Positions 9,814 to 18,339 of a stretch of 64,000 nt of DNA are shown here, in pieces. The position numbers and the translations under genes were made by a program. Origin of the DNA: Nitrospinales bacterium (GTDB taxonomy: Bacteria; Nitrospinota; Nitrospinia; Nitrospinales; VA-1). Location: the NCBI GenBank assembly GCA_965223345.1, contig CBDCWG010000007.1, positions 1 through 64,000 on the forward strand, written 5' to 3'. Position 1 is the first letter of the stretch, and every line of letters begins with the position of its first letter. The notes beneath the pieces are model-generated. The model was not told the DNA's origin. It searched no databases and saw nothing but the letters and a program-made list of their open reading frames with translations.

Positions 9814-11166
9814 ATGACAGATTCCGATCCGTTTGCCGATTACAACCCGAAGAAGAAAGCACCGCAGCGCACGGTCATCGTTCCGGCTCCGGGCGGCAGA
9901 AAGAAAAAACCGCAGACCTCCGCCGCCATCAAACCTCCGGCTCTTTCCCGGCCGGTGGAAACGCCGGTGGTGGAGACCCACACCCAGAATCCGTTGATCC
10001 GTTCGGCGGGCACGCTGTTCGCGCTGGCGCGAAAGCTCAAGAACACGATCAGCCACAAGGACGTGGCGCGGCTGCGGCTGAACACCCTGAAGATGCTGAA
10101 CCGCTTCAATCAGGATGCGATCAAGAGCGGCTGCGGCAAGGATGCGGTGCATTTTTCCTGCTACGCGCTGTGCGCGCTGATCGATGAGATCGTGCTGGAA
10201 ACGCCCTGGGGCAACCAGAGCAACTGGGATCACGAAAGCCTGCTGGGAACGCTGTTCAACGACGCGCGCGGCGGCGAGAAGTTTTTTCAGATCCTGGAGC
10301 GCAGCGCCTGGAACCCGGCGGACAACATCGACCTGCTGGAATTTCTCTACATCTGCCTGGGCCTGGGCTTTCAGGGCAAATACGCCATCACGCAGGGCGG
10401 CGGCGAGCAGCTGGAAATCCTGACGCGCAACCTGTACCAGACGATCCGCACGCACCGCGGCGGACCGGACCGCTTCCTTTCCTCCAACTGGCAAAGTGGT
10501 GAAACGCCGCGGCGGGACCGCTTCCTTCCCATCTGGGTGGTGCCGGTCGCAACCGTCGGGCTGGCTGCGTTGATGTTTTATTTTTTCAACGCCGCCATCA
10601 ACCGCACCTCTCTGGATGCGGAAGCGAAACTCAATCAGATCGGACGCACTACCGCCGTAGCAATGCCGGCCCCGGTGCCGCCGTCGGCGGTTCAGGCGCT
10701 GCTGCCGCTTCCCGCCGCGAAGGAACCCACTTGGCTGCAAACCCTTCAGGAAAGGTTGCAGGAGGAACGCGAGCGCGGCTGGATCGACATCGAGAAAGCG
10801 GGGCTGGGCGTCAAGATCACGCTGTACAACCTCGGCCTGTTCAAATCCGGCAGCGCCCACGTCAGCGATTTATTCCACCCCATCCTGAGCAAGATCGGCG
10901 GCGTGCTGAACGAAATCCCCGGCTACATCCACGTCACCGGGCACACGGACAACCGGCCGATCCGCACGTTGCAGTTTCCGTCCAACTGGCGGCTGTCGAT
11001 GGCGCGGGCCGAGGCGGTGTCGCACATCCTGAGCACAGCGACCGGCAGCCGGGATAAGTTCAAACCCAAAGGCAAGGCCGAGTTCGAACCCATCGCCAGC
11101 AACGACACCCCCGAGGGCCGTCGGAAAAACCGCCGCGTGGAAATTTTCATCCCGCGCATCCATTGA
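9814..11166 (+). CDS. tssL: T6SS TssL (DotU) fused to OmpA/MotB peptidoglycan-binding domain
   Basis: YALCALIDE, GGEKFF, CLGLGFQGKY, TM helix, then GHTDN...SNWRLSMARA...NRRVEI. Confidence 0.93.
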   Translation: MTDSDPFADYNPKKKAPQRTVIVPAPGGRKKKPQTSAAIKPPALSRPVETPVVETHTQNPLIRSAGTLFALARKLKNTISHKDVARLRLNTLKMLNRFNQDAIKSGCGKDAVHFSCYALCALIDEIVLETPWGNQSNWDHESLLGTLFNDARGGEKFFQILERSAWNPADNIDLLEFLYICLGLGFQGKYAITQGGGEQLEILTRNLYQTIRTHRGGPDRFLSSNWQSGETPRRDRFLPIWVVPVATVGLAALMFYFFNAAINRTSLDAEAKLNQIGRTTAVAMPAPVPPSAVQALLPLPAAKEPTWLQTLQERLQEERERGWIDIEKAGLGVKITLYNLGLFKSGSAHVSDLFHPILSKIGGVLNEIPGYIHVTGHTDNRPIRTLQFPSNWRLSMARAEAVSHILSTATGSRDKFKPKGKAEFEPIASNDTPEGRRKNRRVEIFIPRIH

Positions 11167-11224
11167 TCCGGGCCGGGATTTGAATTCTTAAAGAGACCTT
11201 CATCAACGTCTGCGAGAGACCGAC

Positions 11225-14200
11225 ATGCAACGATCCTTTTCCTCTCTGTGCTTCAACCGGTGGACGCTGTCCATTCTGGGTCTTCTGATCTTCGCGGCGC
11301 TCGTCGTGTTTGTCGGTCCGCTGCTCAGGATCGGCGAGTGGGAGCCCTTCGCATCGGTGGGATCGCGCGTGTTCACGATCGTCTGCGCGCTTCTGCTCTG
11401 GGCGGTGTTTTACATCGGCCCGGTTCTGGCGGCACGCAAGACCAACCGCAAGGTCGTCGAGGAGTTGGCCAAAGGCAGCGGGTTTCAGGAGGGCGAGGAG
11501 TTCGAAACCCTGTCCGAAGGATTCAAGGAAGCGCTGCATGTGCTGAAAAAGGTCAAACTCGGAAAACCCTGGAGCAAGCGCTACCTCTACCAGCTGCCCT
11601 GGTTCGTCATCATGGGGCCGCCGGGTGCGGGGAAAACCACGGCGCTGCGCAACTCGGGATTGAACTTCCCGCTGCAGGATCAGCTGGACAAGGACTTCAT
11701 CCCCGGCGTGGGCGGCACGCGCAACTGCGACTGGTGGTTCACCGACGAGGCGGTGCTGCTCGACACCGCCGGGCGTTACACCACGCAGGACAGCGACCCG
11801 CGTGTGGACAAGGCGGCGTGGAACCATTTTCTCGGCCTCATCAAAAAATACCGCCGGCGGCGGCCGCTCGACGGCGTGCTCGTATCGTTCAGCCTGACGG
11901 ATCTTCTGCAGCAGAACCCCGAGCAGCGCAGGCTGCACGCGCGCGCCATCCGCAAGCGGCTGCAGGAGCTGTCCGGGCAGTTGAAGATCCAGGTTCCAGT
12001 GTATTTCGTTTTCACCAAATGCGATCTGGTCGCGGGCTTCATGGAATTTTTCGATGAATTGCCGCGAGAAGAACGCGACCAGGTCTGGGGAATGACGTTC
12101 GCCTCCGGGGAACAGGGGGCCGATCCGACGCGCGCGTTCGCGCAGGAGTACGACGAACTCCTCGAGCGGCTGGACCGGCGCATGCTGGCGCGGCTGGACC
12201 AGGAGCGCGACCCGAGGCGGCGCGGCGCGCTGTTCGGTTTCTACCAGCAGATGGCGTCGTTCAAACCGGCGCTGGACGAGTTTCTGTCCGACACCTTCAA
12301 GTTCTCCAAGTTCGAGCCGCCCTGCCTGTTCCGCGGCGTGTATTTTTCCAGCGCCACACAGACCGGCTCGCCGATGGACCGGGTGCTCGGCTCGATCTGC
12401 GGGGCGTTCGGCCTGGACGATTCCATGCTGCCCGCTTTCAAGGGACCGGGGCGCAGCTTTTTCCTGACGCGGCTGCTGAAGGATGTGATCTTCAAGGAGG
12501 CGGACCTCGCCATCAACACGGGCTTTTTCGACAAGTACCGGCCCTGGGTGCAGAAGGCGGCCTACGCGGCGGGGGTCCTGCTTCTGGTGGGTGCGGGCCT
12601 GACCTGGGCGGTGAGTTTCGGGAAAAACAAAGCCCTCATTGCCGAAGTCGAAGCGAAAATTCAGGAGCTGCCGCCGAGCGCCATCGAGCTTTCCGGCCGC
12701 AACCAGCCGCTGGACGAATTGATCCAGTCGCTCAACATCGTGCACGACGTGCCGCACGGATACCGCGACACGCAGCGCCCGGTCCCCGTGTCCATGCAGT
12801 TCGGGCTGTTCCAGGGCGAACGGCTCGGCTCGTCGGCGAAGGACACGTATCTCAGGTTGCTGAACAACTCGCTGCTGCCGGAGATCATCGCGAGCCTGGA
12901 AGCGCGGATCCGCAAGAGCGCCGGCGACATCGATTCCCTGTTCAAGGCGCTGAAGGTCTACCTGATGCTCTGGAAACCGGCGGAGCTTCTGGATAAGAAT
13001 TACGTGCGGGTGTGGCTGGATTCAGAAATGGCCCAGCGCTACCCTGGCCCGCGCAACGAAGCGTTCCGCAACCAGTACAGCGTGCACCTGACCAACCTGC
13101 TCGATCATCTCGACCGCCCTGCCGCCGTCGATACGGCGCTGATCACGAAGGCGCGCAGGCGCATCTCGTCGCGGCCGCTGCCGCAGCTATTGTATTCCAA
13201 CATCAAGCAGGAGTCGCTGGCATCGGGCAACAAGCCGTGGAGCCTTGCGGACAAGGTGGAAAAGGCGGAGTTGTATTTCCAGCGCAAAAGCGGCGACAGC
13301 CTGGCCCAGGGCATCCCCAGCCTGTTCACCTATAAGGGCTACCGGGAAGAGTTTCTGCCGCAGCTGGAAAAACACGTGCGCTCGGCGACGTCCGAGAACT
13401 GGGTGCTGGGTAAGGACCTGATCAAGAAACTCGATTCGGCGCAGCCGGACCGCCTTTCCAACACGATCAAGGAGTTTTACTTTTCCGAATACGTGCGCCT
13501 GTGGGACAGCTACCTGCGGGACATCGGCATCCGCGGCTACAACAATTTTCAGCAGGCCATCGAAAAGCTGCAGGGCCTTGCCGCCGCCGATTCGCCGATC
13601 AAAAACTTCGTCGTGTCCGTGGCGCAGGAAACCGACCTCAGCCGCGAAGCGATTCCCATCCACGGCGGCAACGCTTTATCCGGTAAAATTTCCGGATCGG
13701 TGAAGAAACTGCAAACCGTCGCTTCCGCCGCACCGGGAGGCCTGCTCGGCGGCCTCAACCCCGCCGCCTCCACGCCGGTGGACCGGAAGTTCAAACCCAT
13801 CGCCCAACTGACAGAGGCATCGAGCGACGGTTCGGCCACGATCGACCGCGTGATCCAGCTCATCAGCGAGCTGTACAGCCAGATCAGCAACGCGCAGACC
13901 AGCGGCGCGAACCTGATGCAGAACGAGTTCAGCCGGGTGATCTCCAAGCTGGAGATGCAGGCGCGGGAGCTGCCGCTGCCGCTTTCCGGATGGGTGCTGA
14001 CGCTGGCCAACCTCAGCACGAACGTGACCGGATCGTCGATCCGCTCGCGCATCAACTCCAACTGGAGAACGAACATCGCACAGTTTTGCAACGAAGCGCT
14101 GGGCAACCGCTATCCGCTGGAGAAAAACAGCCCGAACGACGCGCGGCTGCACGATTTCGCCAAGTTCTTCGGTCCGGAAGGACGCATGGACCGCTTCTTC

Positions 14201-14749
14201 CGCGAGAACCTGAGGGAGATCGTCAACACCAACGCATCGACCTGGCGGATGAAACGCCGGCACGGGATGACGATCAAAATCTCCAAGCGCGCGCTCCGGC
14301 AGTTGCAGTTCGCGGCGAACATCCGCGAGGCGTTTTTCACAGGTGGCGGCGGGCATCCGGTGGTGAAGTTCAGCATCCGGCCGCATTCGCTGGGCAAATC
14401 CGCCCGCTGGGTGGAGCTGGATGTGGGCGGGCAGCGGCTGAAGTTCCGCAACGACGCGCCGCGCACGCAAACCATGCAGTGGCCGCCGCCGGACGGCAAG
14501 ATGTTCGCCAAAGTGACGATCAAACCCAAGCGCTCGGCCACCGACGCGGTGATCCCCGCGGAAGGTCCGTGGGCGCTGTTCCGCCTGCTGGACAAAGGCA
14601 AGATCCTGCCCACCTCTGAGAAGGACCGCTTCCGCGTCGCCTTCGAACAGGGGGGACAGACCGCCACCTTCGAAGTGGTCGCGCAGAGCATTCACAATCC
14701 GTTCTATCTCGCCGAATCCGGGAATTTCCAATGCCTGGAACGCCTGTAG
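11225..14749 (+). CDS. tssM: T6SS membrane complex protein TssM (IcmF)
   Basis: LYQLPWF, Walker A GPPGAGKT, CDWWFTDEAVLLDTAGRY, C-terminal GPWALFRL; 1174 aa. Confidence 0.95.
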   Translation: MQRSFSSLCFNRWTLSILGLLIFAALVVFVGPLLRIGEWEPFASVGSRVFTIVCALLLWAVFYIGPVLAARKTNRKVVEELAKGSGFQEGEEFETLSEGFKEALHVLKKVKLGKPWSKRYLYQLPWFVIMGPPGAGKTTALRNSGLNFPLQDQLDKDFIPGVGGTRNCDWWFTDEAVLLDTAGRYTTQDSDPRVDKAAWNHFLGLIKKYRRRRPLDGVLVSFSLTDLLQQNPEQRRLHARAIRKRLQELSGQLKIQVPVYFVFTKCDLVAGFMEFFDELPREERDQVWGMTFASGEQGADPTRAFAQEYDELLERLDRRMLARLDQERDPRRRGALFGFYQQMASFKPALDEFLSDTFKFSKFEPPCLFRGVYFSSATQTGSPMDRVLGSICGAFGLDDSMLPAFKGPGRSFFLTRLLKDVIFKEADLAINTGFFDKYRPWVQKAAYAAGVLLLVGAGLTWAVSFGKNKALIAEVEAKIQELPPSAIELSGRNQPLDELIQSLNIVHDVPHGYRDTQRPVPVSMQFGLFQGERLGSSAKDTYLRLLNNSLLPEIIASLEARIRKSAGDIDSLFKALKVYLMLWKPAELLDKNYVRVWLDSEMAQRYPGPRNEAFRNQYSVHLTNLLDHLDRPAAVDTALITKARRRISSRPLPQLLYSNIKQESLASGNKPWSLADKVEKAELYFQRKSGDSLAQGIPSLFTYKGYREEFLPQLEKHVRSATSENWVLGKDLIKKLDSAQPDRLSNTIKEFYFSEYVRLWDSYLRDIGIRGYNNFQQAIEKLQGLAAADSPIKNFVVSVAQETDLSREAIPIHGGNALSGKISGSVKKLQTVASAAPGGLLGGLNPAASTPVDRKFKPIAQLTEASSDGSATIDRVIQLISELYSQISNAQTSGANLMQNEFSRVISKLEMQARELPLPLSGWVLTLANLSTNVTGSSIRSRINSNWRTNIAQFCNEALGNRYPLEKNSPNDARLHDFAKFFGPEGRMDRFFRENLREIVNTNASTWRMKRRHGMTIKISKRALRQLQFAANIREAFFTGGGGHPVVKFSIRPHSLGKSARWVELDVGGQRLKFRNDAPRTQTMQWPPPDGKMFAKVTIKPKRSATDAVIPAEGPWALFRLLDKGKILPTSEKDRFRVAFEQGGQTATFEVVAQSIHNPFYLAESGNFQCLERL

Positions 14750-15447
14750 CCGCTGCAACCGCAGCGCCTGGTTTTTACGGCAAAGCGGTGACGCACGGCG
14801 ATTTTCTGTCGCGCAACCTGCCGAACGCATTCGTCGATGCCTGGGACGGCTGGCTGCGGCGCGGCCTGGCTGCCAGCAAAACCGCGCTGGGTGAGGACTG
14901 GCTGCCGCATTATCTCTCCGCCCCCATCTGGCGCTTTGCGTTGTCGGCAAACGTCTGCGGCGCGGTCCCCGCCGCCGGAATTTTAATGCCGAGTGTGGAT
15001 TCGGTCGGCCGGCATTTTCCCATGACGCTCGCCCGCCTGCTTAAAGATAAAACAATCTCTCCCGCCGAACTGTTTGCACACGGGCAAGACTGGTTCTGCC
15101 AATGCGAGGACGCGGCGCTGACCTGTCTGGAAGAATCGTTCGATGTGGAAACCTTTCACGCCCGGCTGCAAACGTTGCCAGACTTGGGTGAAGTCAAAGC
15201 AAACGCGAAAAGTGGTTTTTCGATTGAGGAAGGCAAGGGCCTGGGCGTGAAACTCTCAGCGCCGAATGCAAAGCCGGACTGGAACGCGCTGTCGCTCTCC
15301 GCCTGGGACGCACTGGCAAAAAAGCAGTTCGGGAACTACAGCCTGTGGTGGAGCACCGGCACGGACAGCATCCCGCCTGCGATCCTCACCTTCAGCGGCC
15401 TGCCGAGAGAAAGAACATTTGCAGAGTTTTTATGCGACAACGAGTAA
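14731..15447 (+). CDS. tagF: T6SS regulator TagF
   Basis: GFYGK...GDF, WDGWL, YLSAPIWRF, MPSVDSVGRHFP, SLWW motifs; overlaps tssM end. Confidence 0.9.
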   Translation: MPGTPVAAATAAPGFYGKAVTHGDFLSRNLPNAFVDAWDGWLRRGLAASKTALGEDWLPHYLSAPIWRFALSANVCGAVPAAGILMPSVDSVGRHFPMTLARLLKDKTISPAELFAHGQDWFCQCEDAALTCLEESFDVETFHARLQTLPDLGEVKANAKSGFSIEEGKGLGVKLSAPNAKPDWNALSLSAWDALAKKQFGNYSLWWSTGTDSIPPAILTFSGLPRERTFAEFLCDNE

Positions 15448-15457
15448 CACCCGCCCC

Positions 15458-15745
15458 TCACCCGCCGATCAGGACGGTGGGGCAGCCGGCGACGATGCTG
15501 CCGCCGTGGGCGGTGGTGCTGCCCATGCGGGCGGCGGGTTTGCCGCCGATGAGCACGGTTGCGCTGCCCATGACGATGGTATCGGGCGGGCCGACGCAGG
15601 TGCAGAGCGTTCCCACGTTGGCGGCGGGCAGATTGCCGATGAGCACCGTCGGCGCTCCCGGCGGCAGGACGGGACCGCCCACATGGGGCTTGGGCCCGTC
15701 GGACATCGGGCAGACGTGCATGTCGGTGACGCGGGCGGCGAGCAT
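15458..15745 (-). CDS. PAAR domain spike-tip protein (no extension)
   Basis: LAAR, LPAA, KPAAR repeats; HVCP, PHVGG, TAHGG metal ligands; 95 aa. Confidence 0.93.
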   Translation of the reverse strand: MLAARVTDMHVCPMSDGPKPHVGGPVLPPGAPTVLIGNLPAANVGTLCTCVGPPDTIVMGSATVLIGGKPAARMGSTTAHGGSIVAGCPTVLIGG

Positions 15746-15770
15746 GAAGTTTTCCCTTTAAAGTGATTTC

Positions 15771-16373
15771 TTAAGATCCGGCATCGCCCTTCCCTCCTTT
15801 TGCGATGTCGAGGCCCTTCTCCAGCAGAAACCGGTATTTTTCCTCGGCGTTGTCCGGGCCGGATTCCGCCACCGCGAGCAGCACCGCACCGCCGACGGCG
15901 CGGCCGGTCAGTTCGGGAGCCGGTGGGACTTCGGGGGCAGCCGGCGGCGCCATGCTGCCGCCGCTCCAGAACGCACCCACGGCGGCCCAGCCGGCGGAAT
16001 TCTGAAACTCGGTGGCCTCGGCGGCGGCCATCGACTTTCTGCGGTTTTCCTCGGAGGGCTCCACCACCCAGGCTTCCGCGGCTTTCACCGCCGCGCCCCG
16101 CTTCTCATCCATCTGGTTGAGCTGTGCCTTGCGCGCGCTGATACAGGCCCACCATACCGCTTCCCGCTTCGGCAGCGCCATGGCGAGAAACTGGATCGCC
16201 TCGGGGTACTGCCTGTTTTCCATCAGCCGCTGAAGAAACGGCGCCGGCGCGCTTTCGGCATCGAGCGGCTTGAGGACGTCTTCATCCAGTTCCAGGTGCT
16301 GCAGGATTTCCTTGGCGGTGGCCGCTTTCAGTTTGACGAAAGCTCCGTTCTCCGCTTGCGTTTCGGTGTTCAT
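15771..16373 (-). CDS. Conserved vgrG/PAAR-linked protein (DUF6931-like)
   Basis: FLAMALPKREAVWWAC, WVVEPSEENRR, AFWSGGSM motifs; lies between vgrG and PAAR. Confidence 0.7.
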   Translation of the reverse strand: MNTETQAENGAFVKLKAATAKEILQHLELDEDVLKPLDAESAPAPFLQRLMENRQYPEAIQFLAMALPKREAVWWACISARKAQLNQMDEKRGAAVKAAEAWVVEPSEENRRKSMAAAEATEFQNSAGWAAVGAFWSGGSMAPPAAPEVPPAPELTGRAVGGAVLLAVAESGPDNAEEKYRFLLEKGLDIAKGGKGDAGS

Positions 16374-16404
16374 ACGATCTCCTGAGAGGATACGCTCAAA
16401 AGTT

Positions 16405-18264
16405 TCAGTTGATCTTGACGATGCCGCCTTTCACATTCGCCATCGCGGAGCCGCTGACGTTGACCATCGGCGCCTTGAGGTCCGCCTTGGTCTTGCCCGC
16501 CATGTCCAGCATGGTGCCGTTGATCTTGATGCCCTGCGGACTGATGACGATGGTGTTGCTGCCGACCTTCAGTTTGATTTCCTGCATCGCGTCGATCAGC
16601 ACCTTTCCTTTGACCGTCTGGCTGGCGTTGCCGTCCACCTTTTCGGTGAGGTCCTTGCCGATAGTGATGCTTTCGTTTTCGGTCACCTCGCGGGTGCGGT
16701 CGTGCAGCACCTTTTCGGTGAGATCGTTTTCGATGGTGGTCTCCATGTCGTATTGTCCGTGAATGCGGATGAGTTCTTTACCCTTGCTGTCGTCCATCAC
16801 GAACTCGTTGTAGCCGCCGCCTCCCTTGCTGCTGTTGGACTTGATGCCGCTGATCTCTTTTTTGTCCGGCAGTTTGTAAGGCGGTTTGTTGTCGCCGTTG
16901 TACACGCGGCCCGTGATGAGCGGACGGTCCGGATCGCCTTCGATGAAATCGACGACCACCTCCTGGCCGATGCGGGGGGTGTGGATGCCGCCCCAGCCGC
17001 TGCCCGCCCAGGGATGCGACACGCGGATCCAGCAGGAACTGTTTTCATCGTGTTTGCCTTCGCGGTCCCAGTGGAACTGCACCTTCACGCGGCCGTGCTC
17101 GTCGGGATAGATCTCCTCCCCGGCGGGACCGGTGACGACCGCGGTCTGCGGTCCCTGCACGAACGGTTTGCGCGTCGTGCGCGGCGGGCGGTACGGCCGC
17201 TCCTCTTCGATGACGGTGAATTCGCAGCGACAGGGCGAATCCACCGGGACGGCGTTGGACGATTCGTAATCCTCGATCACCAGGATGCTGCGCGTTGCGA
17301 GGATGAGGTAGCGTTTGTTCTGATCGTCTCTCGGGTATTGCGTCAATTCGAACAGGCCGCCCGCGAAAAACCCGCCGACGTTTCCCTGCCCCACGGCCCG
17401 GTGGTGCGGGGCCTGGATCTCTTCCAGACGGATGCGGGTGACATTTTCCCCGTCCCCGTATTCCTGATAACGGCCCGGATAGTCGTACACTTCCCGATCG
17501 GCGTGCGCGTGATCGAGCGGGTTTTTCGATTTCGACTGCAGGCTGGCCTTGGGTTTTTTGAAATTGTAATCGTCCAGCGTGACCTCGCCCGACCGCGCCT
17601 CTTTCATGCAGCGCCAATGGCTGATGTTGTCGCGCTGCCGCCGCTCCTGCCGGTCCGGCGGGTAATACGGCACCTGCTCGTAGCCGGGGATCAGATCGTG
17701 ACCGCTCATCGAATCGGTCATCACCAGCATGTGTTTGACGTCGTCGTGCCTGAAGTAATAGTGGATCCCCTCTTCCTCCATGAGACGGCTGACGAAATCG
17801 AATTCGGTTTCGCGGTATTGCACGCAGTATTCCCGCGACACGTAGTTGCCGCTCAGGCGGGTCTCGAAATCGGTGAAGCCGCTGTCGCGGAACACGGTCT
17901 CGATGATCTGCGGGGCGGTCTTGTTCTGGAAAATCCGGCAGCCCGATTGCAGCGTCAGAAACCAGAGCCAGGGACGCAGCGTGGCGCGGTAGGAAGCGTA
18001 GCGACCGCGGCTTTCCAGAAAGCAGAACTGCGCCACGTAGCCGTCGAAATAGCGGCTGCGCTCCTCGTGCGTCAGCAGGGAGCACACGCTCATTCGCTTT
18101 CCGAGCACCGCGTCGAGGTCGATGTTGGGGTCTTCGCTGACCAGTTCCAGATGGTATTCGAAAAGCCCGCTCACCGAATCGACCGCATCCATGCGCTGGA
18201 ACAACAGCACGTCGTCGCCCAGAGGACTGGACACCGTCACCTTTCTATCCGTCTGCGTGGTCAT
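16405..18264 (-). CDS. tssI: T6SS spike protein VgrG
   Basis: REYCVQYRETEFDFVSRLMEEEGI, GPQTAVVTG, GRVKVQFHWDR, PRIGQEVVV, GDPDRP; ends GGIVKIN with no effector extension. Confidence 0.96.
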   Translation of the reverse strand: MTTQTDRKVTVSSPLGDDVLLFQRMDAVDSVSGLFEYHLELVSEDPNIDLDAVLGKRMSVCSLLTHEERSRYFDGYVAQFCFLESRGRYASYRATLRPWLWFLTLQSGCRIFQNKTAPQIIETVFRDSGFTDFETRLSGNYVSREYCVQYRETEFDFVSRLMEEEGIHYYFRHDDVKHMLVMTDSMSGHDLIPGYEQVPYYPPDRQERRQRDNISHWRCMKEARSGEVTLDDYNFKKPKASLQSKSKNPLDHAHADREVYDYPGRYQEYGDGENVTRIRLEEIQAPHHRAVGQGNVGGFFAGGLFELTQYPRDDQNKRYLILATRSILVIEDYESSNAVPVDSPCRCEFTVIEEERPYRPPRTTRKPFVQGPQTAVVTGPAGEEIYPDEHGRVKVQFHWDREGKHDENSSCWIRVSHPWAGSGWGGIHTPRIGQEVVVDFIEGDPDRPLITGRVYNGDNKPPYKLPDKKEISGIKSNSSKGGGGYNEFVMDDSKGKELIRIHGQYDMETTIENDLTEKVLHDRTREVTENESITIGKDLTEKVDGNASQTVKGKVLIDAMQEIKLKVGSNTIVISPQGIKINGTMLDMAGKTKADLKAPMVNVSGSAMANVKGGIVKIN

Positions 18265-18339
18265 GATCGTCTCCTTCCAAACCGAAACCGTTTCACACCG
18301 CCGCGCTGGCCCCGGTGCTTGTCTTTGCCCGTGTCCGGC

